This document shows, piece after piece, positions 1 through 11,306 of a stretch of 38,238 bases of DNA (positions within the stretch are counted from its first letter, which is position 1; each line of letters starts with the position of its first letter). The notes under the pieces were generated by a model, which saw nothing but the letters and a program-made list of their open reading frames with translations, was not told where the DNA came from and searched no databases. A program made the position numbers and the translations under genes. Source of the stretch: an uncultured Candidatus Saccharibacteria bacterium (GTDB taxonomy: Bacteria; Patescibacteriota; Minisyncoccia; UBA11713; 2-01-FULL-45-33); assembly GCA_964640425.1 (NCBI GenBank), contig CAZXFC010000001.1, forward strand, positions 46,930-85,167, read 5' to 3'.

Positions 1-179
1 AAACTTTCGGTGGTGGATGCAAGCTGTTCTTTCGTGAGAGAAAGCTCGTCTTTGAGCCGCGCGTTGTCCTTTTGTAAAACATTCCTTTGGAATCCCAACG
101 CCGCGATATAAGCGGAAAGCAAAATAACAAGCACCGGTATCAAAAAATGCGGCTTTAACGCGTAGCTTAATTTCGCCAT
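1..179 (-). CDS. Partial CDS. It starts in the window and runs off the left edge. One TM helix followed by a Leu/Lys/Glu coiled coil, an FtsB/DivIC-like architecture.
   Basis: Own translation from ATG 179-177: MAKLSYALKPHFLIPVLVILLSAYIAALGFQRNVLQKDNARLKDELSLTKEQLASTTES..., open to base 1. A TGcTATAAT box (186-194) lies 6 nt upstream of the ATG. Absent from the ORF track because fewer than 60 codons are visible. Confidence 0.35.
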   Translation of the reverse strand, partial: MAKLSYALKPHFLIPVLVILLSAYIAALGFQRNVLQKDNARLKDELSLTKEQLASTTES

Positions 180-206
180 TTTTAAATTATAGCATAAGGC
201 CCGTCT

Positions 207-419
207 TTATGGTTTCTTTAAGAGCGAAAAATCGGAGTCATCTTGTTGATTATGCAAACTGAGAACCGAAAGATTTGCCGCCGCGCCGCATCGCCCCTCG
301 ATGCTTACCGGACAATCTCCAACGGAACCCGAAAAATAATACAAAACTCCTCCGATGGCAACGGCCCAGAGTATGACAACCGAAATCTGCAAGTATTTTA
401 TATATGGCTCCAGGTTCAT
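207..419 (-). CDS. Small membrane protein (70 aa, one TM helix), translationally coupled to msrB
   Basis: The ATG overlaps the msrB stop as ATGA (416-419). Hydrophobic segment [18 protein letters not shown]. No recognisable family. Confidence 0.4.
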   Translation of the reverse strand: MNLEPYIKYLQISVVILWAVAIGGVLYYFSGSVGDCPVSIEGRCGAAANLSVLSLHNQQDDSDFSLLKKP

Positions 420-808
420 TTTTTCCTAAAATCCAATGCACATGAATTAATACAGTACCTTTTTCCGGTCGGCGCGGGGCCATCGTCGAAAATGTGCCCC
501 AAATGCGACCCGCACTTCGCGCAATTTACTTCGGTCCTATGCATGGCCAATGAGGTGTCGTCTTTTAATTCAACCGTGTCATTATGCATAAGGTCGTAAA
601 AACTCGGCCAGCCCGTGCCTGAATCAAACTTTGTCGCCGACGAGAACAGCTCCGCGCCGCAGGCGCGGCAAGTATAAGTACCGTCTTCATGCATATTCAC
701 ATATTTCCCCGTGAACGGCGCTTCGGTTCCATTCTCCCGCAAAACATGATATGCCTCCGGAGTCAGAATCTTTTTCCATTCATCTTCTGTTTTTTGTATT
801 TTATCCAT
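416..808 (-). CDS. msrB: Peptide-methionine (R)-S-oxide reductase MsrB
   Basis: 130 aa. Two CxxC zinc pairs ([21 protein letters not shown]), a GWPSF motif and the catalytic-Cys motif RYCINS typical of the SelR/MsrB domain. Confidence 0.93.
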   Translation of the reverse strand: MDKIQKTEDEWKKILTPEAYHVLRENGTEAPFTGKYVNMHEDGTYTCRACGAELFSSATKFDSGTGWPSFYDLMHNDTVELKDDTSLAMHRTEVNCAKCGSHLGHIFDDGPAPTGKRYCINSCALDFRKK

Positions 809-810
809 AC

Positions 811-993
811 TTATTTATACTTTTTATAAATTTTATCATGATGGTCAAAATCTATGAATTGTAACTCACCCTTAAAAAATTCGTAAACCAAAACAAAAGA
901 ACCCATATGGAGTCTTCTGTAATGTTTGAGCGCATAACGCAGCGGTTTTCCGATATTCGGAATCCTCGCGGCCTTTTCCATTTGAACCACCAA
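811..993 (-). CDS. RelE/ParE-fold toxin-like protein, N-terminally short (60-65 aa)
   Basis: [26 protein letters not shown]...[11 protein letters not shown] resembles the C-terminal two thirds of RelE/StbE-type mRNA interferases. It starts 19 nt after the stop of the upstream small ORF and ends 2 nt before msrB. An in-frame stop lies 15 codons upstream of the ATG, so the usual N-terminal helix is missing. Confidence 0.45.
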   Translation of the reverse strand: MVVQMEKAARIPNIGKPLRYALKHYRRLHMGSFVLVYEFFKGELQFIDFDHHDKIYKKYK

Positions 994-1012
994 CTGATTA
1001 AAAGTTTCTTCG

Positions 1013-1249
1013 TCACAAATTCTTTAGCCATTTCCGCATTTCCTGGACGGAGTTGAAGGTATGTCCAACCTTGCCATTATCCATTTCGCGGCTTATTCTG
1101 TCCCATCGCTTAATCACAGAAGGCCTTATTCGCTCTTCGTCTATTTCCCTATCAACAATTTCACGCATTGTATTTAAAGCCTCCTCAAGCTTATCCTGCC
1201 GGCGCGAAAGCTCTTTAATTGCCTTATCTTTTTGAGTCATTATTGCCAT
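1013..1249 (-). CDS. Putative antitoxin partner (about 78 aa, helical, charged)
   Basis: Sits immediately upstream of the RelE-like ORF. The C-terminal pattern RPSVIKRWDRISREMDNGKVGHTFNSVQEMRKWLKNL resembles small antitoxin tails. Start chosen at ATG 1249 because TGtTAATAT lies 5 nt upstream; the ORF is open to 1264. Confidence 0.4.
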   Translation of the reverse strand: MAIMTQKDKAIKELSRRQDKLEEALNTMREIVDREIDEERIRPSVIKRWDRISREMDNGKVGHTFNSVQEMRKWLKNL

Positions 1250-1283
1250 TTTCGATATTAACATAAAAAACCAATTAAGTAAA

Positions 1284-2189
1284 TTATTTTATGAATTTAA
1301 AAGTTGAGAGGATTTGGCCCAATAAAATTTCGTAGTCTCTGATTTGCTTACCACCCATCGGCGAGTGACCTAGATCTATTTGAATATCTTCCTTGCAGAT
1401 AATCTTATACCATATGCCGTTTTGCCCAGGCTCAAGACGACTGAATATAAATCCATTTGTTTCCATGTCACACGTAGTCTGCCAAATATCAAGCCACATA
1501 CCACCAGCTGGACGTCCTATCCCTTCAGCATTTTTACTTTTAGGCTTACTTGCAATCGTCAATTCCGGCAAGATTGTTGTCATATCATTTTGAATATACC
1601 AGTCCTCCGGATACTTCACCTCAAACCCGTATTTTTCGTTGCGGTATGTTTGCCAGCCCGAAATGTCGAACGTTCGAGGTTCGACATTGGATTCTTGTTT
1701 GTAGAGTTCCGGGCATGCGGTAAATTCGCAGTTGGGGCCGTTGCGGCCGACGTATACTCCGCCGGGACACTCTTTAGCCTCCAAGGTACAGGCGCGCGGT
1801 TCTCCGGGTTTTTGAATCCAGCCGGCTTCTTCCGCCAATATCCAGAGACTTGAAAATACTATGATAAAAACTCCGGCGCCGATCAGCCAGCCAATCGGTA
1901 TTTTCCTTTCGTGGTATCTTTCCCTCCAGCGCTCAAGCGCCTTTTCAATATATATTTTCCGCCACCAATAAACCCCCTCCTTGTACCCTATCCATGAACC
2001 GGCGATAAAGAAAATTACCGAAAGAATATTATGCATAAGAACCCAGGTATTCCAGCTCAACCCCAGACCGTACTTCGGAAAATCAGAAAGAAGCATACCT
2101 ATGTACCACATCTCTATCAGTGCGTGCGCGATAAACTGGAGCAACAATCCCAGCAAAGTAAAACTGGCAATATAAAAAACACGCTTCAT
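1284..2189 (-). CDS. Integral membrane protein with a C-terminal extracytoplasmic Cys-containing domain (hypothetical)
   Basis: About 301 aa from ATG 2189 (the ORF track starts at TTG 2207). Four or five predicted TM helices, then a soluble domain (CTLEAKECPGGVYVGRNGPNCEFTACPE). No family recognised. Confidence 0.6.
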   Translation of the reverse strand: MKRVFYIASFTLLGLLLQFIAHALIEMWYIGMLLSDFPKYGLGLSWNTWVLMHNILSVIFFIAGSWIGYKEGVYWWRKIYIEKALERWRERYHERKIPIGWLIGAGVFIIVFSSLWILAEEAGWIQKPGEPRACTLEAKECPGGVYVGRNGPNCEFTACPELYKQESNVEPRTFDISGWQTYRNEKYGFEVKYPEDWYIQNDMTTILPELTIASKPKSKNAEGIGRPAGGMWLDIWQTTCDMETNGFIFSRLEPGQNGIWYKIICKEDIQIDLGHSPMGGKQIRDYEILLGQILSTFKFIK

Positions 2190-2205
2190 ATATTTATGAT
2201 AACAC

Positions 2206-2234
2206 AAAAAAACGGAGCTCTGTAGCTCCTTTTT
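2206..2234 (-). terminator. Rho-independent terminator after the 2237-2698 gene
   Basis: GGAGCT-ctgt-AGCTCC hairpin (2214-2229). On the minus strand it is followed by a T7 run (plus-strand A run 2206-2212). Confidence 0.75.
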
Positions 2235-2236
2235 AA

Positions 2237-2698
2237 CTATACTTTGTATAGCCCTTCGAAATCGGCGTAAAGCCGAACTATTTTTATTTCTTTGAGAAGA
2301 AACGGGCGATCCAATAATGCGGCTTCCGCCTTAATCAATTCCTCGCTGTAAAATTTTCTTTCCTCTTCCGGATTATTAAACTTTTTTCCGTACGCTCCGC
2401 ACTCCGCGTGCGCCATAAGCGCGATTGTCGCCGGATTGTGTAATTTAATCGATTTTGCAAATTGGTTCACCGCATACTCTCTGTCGCTTTCAGTTTCCGG
2501 ACTTGCAAGATCTTTCGCTCCGCCGGCAACAAAAATCGGATCAAACCACTCCTCCTCCTGAATGTATAATAAAAATAATTTCCAAAATCTGTTATCAAAA
2601 CACCAGTTAACGGCCAATTTAGCCTTATAGTGTTCATGCGGCGATTCATACGAAATTATTTTTTGCAACTTCACCTCCATCTTCGGGTTAGTATACAT
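2237..2698 (-). CDS. Hypothetical 153-aa protein with beta-carbonic-anhydrase-like zinc-ligand motifs
   Basis: CFDNR (CxDxR) at residues 33-37 and HAECG (HxxCG) about 65 residues later match the order and spacing of beta-CA zinc ligands. The rest of the sequence is not obviously beta-CA. Confidence 0.35.
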   Translation of the reverse strand: MYTNPKMEVKLQKIISYESPHEHYKAKLAVNWCFDNRFWKLFLLYIQEEEWFDPIFVAGGAKDLASPETESDREYAVNQFAKSIKLHNPATIALMAHAECGAYGKKFNNPEEERKFYSEELIKAEAALLDRPFLLKEIKIVRLYADFEGLYKV

Positions 2699-2706
2699 TA
2701 AAACTC

Positions 2707-2943
2707 TTAATCAATCAAGAGAGAAAGCCGGTTGTCCGGAGCCATTTCCAAAAAGCCTCCGTTTATATGAATTTCCCTCTTTCCTCCAATTTCAAAAATG
2801 ATCGCTTTGCCATTTTCGAGAACGGAAATTATCGGCAAATGGTGGTCCAGCACGGTAATTTCGCCCGCCGTAGTTTTAACGTTAACGCCTTTAGCTTCGC
2901 CCTCAAACTCAACTCCTTTTAATGAAAGTATTGATAATTTCAT
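2707..2943 (-). CDS. atpC: F0F1 ATP synthase epsilon subunit, beta-sandwich domain only (78 aa)
   Basis: Last gene of the atp operon. The sequence MKLSILSLKGVEFEGEAKGVNVKTTAGEITVLDHHLPIISVL...INGGFLEM fits the epsilon N-terminal domain. ATG 2943 is preferred over the TTG 2973 used in the ORF track. Confidence 0.75.
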   Translation of the reverse strand: MKLSILSLKGVEFEGEAKGVNVKTTAGEITVLDHHLPIISVLENGKAIIFEIGGKREIHINGGFLEMAPDNRLSLLID

Positions 2944-2952
2944 ATTCTTAAT

Positions 2953-3056
2953 AAAAAAAATAACAAATTGCAACGCTCGGGGTTTGCTCTGCTGAGCAAC
3001 CCCTAAGGTCTCGGCCTCTTCGGCCTGCGAACGCGCTGCAATTTATTATTTTTTTT
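2953..3056. repeat. 104-nt branched palindromic element (copy A), A-run/T-run flanked; probable structured RNA or bidirectional terminator-attenuator
   Basis: Outer arms aaaaaaaataacaaattgcaacgc / gcgctgcaatttattatttttttt are complementary with 2 mismatches. Inner hairpin GGGGTTTGCtctgctgaGCAACCCC, then GGCCtcttcGGCC. A homologous second copy lies at 13822-13925. Confidence 0.55.
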
Positions 3057-3068
3057 ATATGCATAATA

Positions 3069-5392
<2,324 letters not shown>

Positions 5393-5393
5393 A

Positions 5394-6926
5394 TTATTTT
5401 AAATTCTTAAAATTAGTCGCCGCGGTCTTTAACGCGCCCTCGGTTTTTTCGTCAAATATTCCTTTGGCCAGGGGTTCTACTACGTCTTTTTTGTGGAGTT
5501 TCGCCAGATAATCCAAGAAATCCTTTTCGAATTCTTTGATATCGGCTTTCGGGACATCGTCCATGAAGCCGTTGATGGCCGCGTATAATACGGCGACCTC
5601 ATCCTCAACCGGAATCGGCTCACCGTCCGGCTGTTTTAATATTTCCGTTAAAAGCTGTCCTCTTTGTATTTGTTTTCTGGTGTCCTCGTCGAGGTCTGAA
5701 GCGAATTGCACGAAAGCCTGCAATTCCCTGAACTGGGCCAGCTCGAGGCGCAACCGCCCCGCAACTTTTTTCATCGGTTTGGTCTGCGCAGCCGAGCCGA
5801 CGCGGGAAACCGAAAGACCGACGTTCACCGCCGGGCGCGTACCCTGATAGAAAAGGTTCGATTCAAGGTATATCTGCCCGTCCGTAATTGAAATAACATT
5901 CGTGGGAACATACGCCGAAACGTCACCCAATTTTGTCTCAATTATAGGAAGCGCAGTCAGCGATCCTCCGCCTTTTTCTTTTGAAAATTTTGCCGCGCGC
6001 TCAAGAAGCCGTGCGTGCAGATAAAAAATATCTCCCGGATACGCCTCCCTGCCCGGCGGACGCCTCAAAAGGAGTGAAAGCTGCCGGTATGAATCAGCGT
6101 GCTTTGAAAGATCGTCATAAATAATAACCGCGTCCTTGCCCGAATCCATAAAATATTCACCGATGGCGCAACCGGCGAAGGGAGCCAGATACTGGAGAGA
6201 TGCCGGAGAAGACGCCGGCGCTGAAACTACTATTGTGTAAGAAAGCGCGCCTTTATCTTCAAGCATCTTTATTATTTTTGCTATCTTTGAATTTTTCTGA
6301 CCTACGGCCACGTAAATACACACCGTCTGCGTCCTTCCCGTACCTGCCGAATCCTGCTTTTGGTTCAAAATCGTGTCCAGCGCGATGGCCGTCTTTCCCG
6401 TTTGGCGGTCCCCGATTATGAGCTCGCGCTGTCCTCTGCCGATAGGAATCATGGCATCAATGGATTTTATTCCGGTCTGCACCGGCGTATTTACCGATTC
6501 GCGTTCAAGCACCGAAGGCGCGCGCCGTTCGAGAGGATAATCTTTCGCGCCGGAGACGTTTTTGAATATTACTCCTTTTCCGTCCAACGGAGCACCGAGC
6601 GGATCGACAACTCTTCCCAAAAGCTCTTCACCTGCTTTAATTGAAAGCACTTTTCCGCTTTTTGAAACGCGGTCGCCCACCGAAAGCACGCTTGCGTCAC
6701 CCAAAATTATTGCGCCGACAGAACCTTCTTCAAGATTAAAAGCCACCGCCGGAAGCTCGCCCGTGGCGCCCTTCACGGCCAAAAGTTCCTGGGCCAAGGC
6801 GTTCCTTAGCCCCGAAATTTTGGCAATGCCGTCGCCGACTTCGGAAACTATTCCCACATCGGAGAATTCCGCTTCGTCCTTGAAACCTACTATATCCCTT
6901 TTTAATTTTTCTATGATCTCCTTCAT
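5394..6926 (-). CDS. atpA: F0F1 ATP synthase alpha subunit
   Basis: 510 aa. Walker A GDRQTGKT, plus YDDLSKHA and [19 protein letters not shown] motifs. Confidence 0.97.
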   Translation of the reverse strand: MKEIIEKLKRDIVGFKDEAEFSDVGIVSEVGDGIAKISGLRNALAQELLAVKGATGELPAVAFNLEEGSVGAIILGDASVLSVGDRVSKSGKVLSIKAGEELLGRVVDPLGAPLDGKGVIFKNVSGAKDYPLERRAPSVLERESVNTPVQTGIKSIDAMIPIGRGQRELIIGDRQTGKTAIALDTILNQKQDSAGTGRTQTVCIYVAVGQKNSKIAKIIKMLEDKGALSYTIVVSAPASSPASLQYLAPFAGCAIGEYFMDSGKDAVIIYDDLSKHADSYRQLSLLLRRPPGREAYPGDIFYLHARLLERAAKFSKEKGGGSLTALPIIETKLGDVSAYVPTNVISITDGQIYLESNLFYQGTRPAVNVGLSVSRVGSAAQTKPMKKVAGRLRLELAQFRELQAFVQFASDLDEDTRKQIQRGQLLTEILKQPDGEPIPVEDEVAVLYAAINGFMDDVPKADIKEFEKDFLDYLAKLHKKDVVEPLAKGIFDEKTEGALKTAATNFKNLK

Positions 6927-6950
6927 ATTATTTATAGTGAGTGTATCGAA

Positions 6951-7325
6951 CTATGTAAACAATTTATTTATTTTTTTTATCAGAGTGGAGTCCAGTTCCT
7001 TTTCTCCGTTTATTAATATGCGTACTCCCGCCACCAGCTCCGGGCGAACCTTGAACTCAACATAGTCTTCCTTTGAAAAGCTATATCGCAGCTTATCGGC
7101 CGTTTTCATCTCAGGCGCCCGACCGAATTCCACAGAAATGAACCTTCCTCCGCGCATTACGGCCGTTTTCCCGGCGATAGAATCGAATATTTTATTTATC
7201 TTTCCCCAATCGCCGTTCTTTTTGACCGCTCTTAAGAAATTCTTTATCAGCGCTTCGTCCTTGCTCTTCTGCTCTTTTATAGCTTCGGAGAAAGCGCGCG
7301 CGTATGCTTCTACCGGATATTTCAT
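6951..7325 (-). CDS. atpH: F0F1 ATP synthase delta (OSCP) subunit, short form (124 aa)
   Basis: Position between atpF and atpA. The C-terminal ELVAGVRILINGEKELDSTLIKKINKL matches the delta C-terminal motif. 4-nt overlap with atpF. Confidence 0.7.
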   Translation of the reverse strand: MKYPVEAYARAFSEAIKEQKSKDEALIKNFLRAVKKNGDWGKINKIFDSIAGKTAVMRGGRFISVEFGRAPEMKTADKLRYSFSKEDYVEFKVRPELVAGVRILINGEKELDSTLIKKINKLFT

Positions 7326-7825
7326 GCGGCGCTTTTTATCTCCCTTAAAGCCTCCTCGACCAATGCTTCGTCTACTGCTTCGGGGCGCAAATGGACGGTT
7401 TTAATAATAGCAGCCCTTACCAGCTTCTTCGCCTCTTCCATCATTTCGATATCGGCCTGCTTTTTCTTCCTTTCCGCAATTTCTGCGGCCTGGCGTTCTA
7501 TTTCCTGCGAACGCGCCGCCCCCTGCGCCATGAGCTTTTCGGCGTTCTCTTTCGCGGCGAGTTCGCTTTTTTTCATAAGCGCCAGCGCCTCCTCTTCGGC
7601 GGACGCTAAAACCGTGATTTTTTCCCGGTCAATTTCGGCTAACCGCCTCCCGGCTTCTTCTCCGGCGTTAAGACCCAATTCTATCTTCCTGCGGCGTTCT
7701 TCTGTTATTTTTAAAAGCGGTTTCCAAAGGACGAACGTAAGAACGGCAAGCAAAATAAGAAAATTCGCTCCTTGCGAAATAAGAAGCCGCCAATCTATTC
7801 CGAGATTTGTAAGAAGTTCGCTCAT
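7322..7825 (-). CDS. atpF: F0F1 ATP synthase subunit b
   Basis: 167 aa. One N-terminal TM helix followed by a long charged Ala/Glu/Lys/Arg coiled coil. Operon position fits. Confidence 0.75.
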   Translation of the reverse strand: MSELLTNLGIDWRLLISQGANFLILLAVLTFVLWKPLLKITEERRRKIELGLNAGEEAGRRLAEIDREKITVLASAEEEALALMKKSELAAKENAEKLMAQGAARSQEIERQAAEIAERKKKQADIEMMEEAKKLVRAAIIKTVHLRPEAVDEALVEEALREIKSAA

Positions 7826-7837
7826 TAAAAAGCCTTG

Positions 7838-8074
<237 letters not shown>

Positions 8075-8102
8075 TTAATTGTTAATTCTAATAAAGAAGG
8101 AA

Positions 8103-8831
8103 TCAATGTTCGACCTCCCTTACGGCCATTCCTAAAAATACCAGGGTTAGCATTGCGAAGATGAAAGCTTGTATGAATCCGACAAATATCTCCAGAAACA
8201 AAAAAGGCAAAGGAACTATCTGCGGAACCAGAAACCCGACTATCATCAGCAGTACTTCTCCGGCAAAAACGTTTCCGAACAGCCGAAATGAGAATGATAC
8301 TATCTTAATGAATTCAGATAAAAATTCAAGTAGTCCCACAAACGAGAATATCGGATTCTTTAAAGTGAAGAATTTCGAAAGATGCCGCCCCACGCCAATT
8401 GCGACCGAACCCAGTAAATTTACCGAAAAAACCGATATTATGGCGAGGGCGATGGTAAAATTGAGATCTGAAGCGGGAGAGCGGAACAGCGGCAAAATAT
8501 GGCCGTGTTCGCTCACGTAAAACGCTGAGAGCGGAAGAAGCCCCAGCCAATTGGATGTAACAATAAATAAAAAAATGGTGCCGATAAGCGGCAGATAGCG
8601 CTCCGAGAGGCGCCGTTCTCCGAGAATCGTATCCATAAGCGACAAAAGTTCATCCAGCAAAAATTCGAAAAACCCCTGCAAACTCCCCGGCACAAGCGAC
8701 AATTTTTTACTTAACAAAAATGCCGCTGCCGCCAAAACGATGAGCGCGATTGTAGAAAGCAGCACCGCGTTCGTCACCGGCCACGAACCGATATGAAAGA
8801 TCTTTTCTGCTGCGATGGTAATTTCAGGCAT
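8103..8831 (-). CDS. atpB: F0F1 ATP synthase subunit a
   Basis: 242 aa, polytopic. FRLFGNVFAGEVLL contains the conserved Arg of subunit a. Confidence 0.88.
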   Translation of the reverse strand: MPEITIAAEKIFHIGSWPVTNAVLLSTIALIVLAAAAFLLSKKLSLVPGSLQGFFEFLLDELLSLMDTILGERRLSERYLPLIGTIFLFIVTSNWLGLLPLSAFYVSEHGHILPLFRSPASDLNFTIALAIISVFSVNLLGSVAIGVGRHLSKFFTLKNPIFSFVGLLEFLSEFIKIVSFSFRLFGNVFAGEVLLMIVGFLVPQIVPLPFLFLEIFVGFIQAFIFAMLTLVFLGMAVREVEH

Positions 8832-8843
8832 AAAATTAAGCCC

Positions 8844-8872
8844 ATTTTAACGGCATTTCTCAAGTAAGTCAA
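8844..8872 (-). promoter_or_regulatory. Sigma70-type promoter of the atp operon
   Basis: Minus strand TTGACT (8872-8867), 17 nt, TAAAAT (8849-8844). The atpB ATG lies only 12 nt downstream of the -10 box and has no SD. Confidence 0.65.
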
Positions 8873-8879
8873 TTTTTTC

Positions 8880-8911
8880 AAAAAAAATCCCACCGGCACA
8901 GGCCCGGTGGG
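8880..8911 (-). terminator. Rho-independent terminator after the 8914-9543 gene
   Basis: CCCACCGG-cacaggc-CCGGTGGG hairpin (8889-8911), followed on the minus strand by a T8 run (8880-8887). Confidence 0.8.
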
Positions 8912-8913
8912 TT

Positions 8914-9543
8914 TTATTCGAACCCAAACTCTCTGTCCATTTCGGCTTCCACGGACTCCCAATACAATTCCTCCATATTGCGATTGAATTGCGTTTTGCG
9001 CTTCGTGAGCTCGGCGGTCGTTTCGAGGTTACGCGACGCGTTCTGCAATACCCATCGCCGGAAAGGCTTGATGTGCACACGGACTGCGCAACCGCCGTAT
9101 TTTTTTACAAGACCCGGCCGCTGTTTTTCAAAGAGACGATGAAGTTTTTCGCCGTCTATGGCGTGCGGAATGTGGAAGGTCGCCTGCCGCAAAAAATATT
9201 CCGCAAGAATATCCAAAGATCCCTGAGCCGTTCCTTTGCGTGTTCTTACGGAGGAGATGCGCGAAAACGTCTTAAAAATATTGAACGGCAACGCAGAGGG
9301 CCTCTTAGGCCGCTCAAGGACCTTTACCACCCAGGCGGCGTCCAAATGATCGATTTCTCCGCCGGCTTTTTCAACTTGGATCAGCGGATTTTGCTTGGTT
9401 CGCCCGCGATTGATGAATCCGAGACGCGGCCTTACCTCCCGTACAACTGCTTCAAACTCCGGATTCTCATGGTGCGAAGAAAGACGGATGAAGACCCTGT
9501 CTCCCGGAAATACAGGAATATATTCGGACTTCGCTTTTTTCAT
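8914..9543 (-). CDS. Hypothetical protein (209 aa)
   Basis: Long ORF. Start placed at ATG 9543 (MKKAKSEYIPVF...) because AAGGAG lies 8 nt upstream; the ORF track extends to 9618. No family recognised. Confidence 0.6.
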   Translation of the reverse strand: MKKAKSEYIPVFPGDRVFIRLSSHHENPEFEAVVREVRPRLGFINRGRTKQNPLIQVEKAGGEIDHLDAAWVVKVLERPKRPSALPFNIFKTFSRISSVRTRKGTAQGSLDILAEYFLRQATFHIPHAIDGEKLHRLFEKQRPGLVKKYGGCAVRVHIKPFRRWVLQNASRNLETTAELTKRKTQFNRNMEELYWESVEAEMDREFGFE

Positions 9544-9630
9544 CTTCAAATCTCCTTTTGAGTCAATTTGGGCAAAAATATCTGCTGCAACTATAGCATT
9601 TTGGAAAGAATATGTCAAATTTGAGCGTTT

Positions 9631-10929
9631 TTACCCTGCGACGGGTTCTTCGAGATTCGGGCTTTCGAACGGGGCAACGGGAATTTTGGAATGCTCCGCA
9701 ATTACTGCTTTGACGGCCGAATACAATGAGGCAGGGTCGTTCTTTTGCGCTTCAACGGCTTTCCAGTCGAATTTCCCTCTCATTACCCTTCTCATATCTT
9801 CACCCGCTGATATTTCTTCGTTTTCCATCCCTATCTCGTCCCCGTAATAAATTATGTGCGCGCCAGGCACCTCAAAAAGCCACTCAAAAGCTCGTTTTAT
9901 TTTTTCTTTGTCGCCTTTAAATATTGAAGCCAGTCTCATTGCAACGAACGCTTCGAACCTGTATTTGCCGTCCGGATCAAAACCGTTGACCACTTCCAAC
10001 CTTTCGGAATCGGTTAAGCCCGCAAGCGAAATTTCATCATGATTCCTCAAATAGTTCGCCCATGCGGTTGATTCCGGTATCAGGGCGCAATCAACGCAAA
10101 CACTGGAAAAAATGAATTTATCTTCCCGTGCAAAAGCCAGCATCATGCCGGCGTTCGCATAAAAATTATAAGTAAGGTGGCATTCATGGCCGTTGTCGAA
10201 ATATTCTTTCATTTTCGGCAGCGTATCGTGTACTTCCGCAAACAATATGACATCCGGGAAGTTCTCGTCGATATATTTCCTTATTTTCATAAGGACTTGA
10301 TGAGTTTCGGGGACTCCTTTGCAGTTGGTCCCTTCCTTTTTTATCAGGTGCGATGCCGCATCGAGCCTGAATCCGCTTACCCCTTTTTTGACCCAAAAAT
10401 CCATTATGTCGGTAAAAATATCGAATACTTCCGGATTTCTCCAGTCAAAATCGGCCTGGTCCGGATAAAAAGTAGAAAAATAATAATCACCGGTCGGTGG
10501 ATTGTAAATCCAGTTCTTTGGCTTAATCGTCGGAAAAGCGTTAATTGCGGACTGGTATTCTTTGCCTGTCCCGCTCCATAAAAACAATTCTCGAATTGCA
10601 CCGGATTTGTTTTGAGACGCCTCCAAAAACCAAGGGTGCTTGGTTGAAGCATGGTTTAAAACAAGGTCAACAATAACCTTTATATCCATTGCGCCTGCTT
10701 TTTTTGCGAAAATCTCAAAATCTTCAAAGGTACCAAGTTCGGAGCGCACCGATTTATAATCGGATACATCATAGCCGTCGTCTACCATCGGTGACGGATA
10801 ATGAGGCAAAATATGGACAGTGTTTACGCCCAGATCTTTAAGATAATCCAATTTTTGCGCAAGACCCTTAAAATTCCCGGCAAATTTATCCACATAGAGC
10901 TCGTATATGACCGCGTCTTTCCACCACAT
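9631..10929 (-). CDS. GH13 alpha-amylase-family glycoside hydrolase/transglucosidase (TreS/amylosucrase-like), catalytic domain only
   Basis: All four GH13 signature regions are present: VDLVLNH, GFRLDAASH, FAEVHD, YLRNHDE. N-terminal WWKDAVIYELYVDKF. Confidence 0.88.
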   Translation of the reverse strand: MWWKDAVIYELYVDKFAGNFKGLAQKLDYLKDLGVNTVHILPHYPSPMVDDGYDVSDYKSVRSELGTFEDFEIFAKKAGAMDIKVIVDLVLNHASTKHPWFLEASQNKSGAIRELFLWSGTGKEYQSAINAFPTIKPKNWIYNPPTGDYYFSTFYPDQADFDWRNPEVFDIFTDIMDFWVKKGVSGFRLDAASHLIKKEGTNCKGVPETHQVLMKIRKYIDENFPDVILFAEVHDTLPKMKEYFDNGHECHLTYNFYANAGMMLAFAREDKFIFSSVCVDCALIPESTAWANYLRNHDEISLAGLTDSERLEVVNGFDPDGKYRFEAFVAMRLASIFKGDKEKIKRAFEWLFEVPGAHIIYYGDEIGMENEEISAGEDMRRVMRGKFDWKAVEAQKNDPASLYSAVKAVIAEHSKIPVAPFESPNLEEPVAG

Positions 10930-10980
10930 TGATTTATTATAGCGTGCGTGTAAGTATTTTGACAGAAGGAGGTACCAAGA

Positions 10981-11223
10981 ATGTTTTTTCGTGAATTTGT
11001 TTTTGGGATATTTTTGGCGATAGCTGGTGGAGTTTTGGGGTCTTTTGCCCAGCTCTATTTGCTGGTTGTGGTAACGGCGGCAATGCTTATCGCTTCGTTG
11101 TTAGTTGCCCTTATCGATAATCATCCGCAAAGAAAATCTGACGGATTAAGTTTCTTATTCTCTAGCGTATGCATGGCTTTTTGCGCTTTAATACCGATGT
11201 GGATTGTTTATTTAATTAGATGA
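10981..11223 (+). CDS. Small membrane protein (80 aa, 2-3 TM helices)
   Basis: AAGGAGG lies 8 nt upstream of the ATG. Hydrophobic throughout. Followed by a terminator. Confidence 0.6.
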   Translation: MFFREFVFGIFLAIAGGVLGSFAQLYLLVVVTAAMLIASLLVALIDNHPQRKSDGLSFLFSSVCMAFCALIPMWIVYLIR

Positions 11224-11230
11224 TTATAGC

Positions 11231-11257
11231 AGAGGCCAAATGACCTCTTTTTTATTT
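11231..11257 (+). terminator. Rho-independent terminator
   Basis: AGAGG-ccaaatga-CCTCT hairpin followed by TTTTTTATTT. Confidence 0.6.
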
Positions 11258-11266
11258 CCCCATCCC

Positions 11267-11293
11267 GCACTTGGAAGCTTAGCTTCCAAGTGC
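11267..11293. repeat. REP-like perfect palindrome, family 1, upstream copy
   Basis: gcACTTGGAAGCT-T-AGCTTCCAAGTgc: 13-bp arms around a single central base. Confidence 0.95.
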
Positions 11294-11306
11294 TAGTATA
11301 AGCCGC

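Noticed and set aside
8915-8930. GGTTCGAAT T-loop-like motif (minus strand), suggesting a tRNA
   Set aside because: No flanking T-stem, acceptor stem or anticodon arm can be drawn. The motif is simply the last codons (GFE-stop) of the 8914-9543 ORF.
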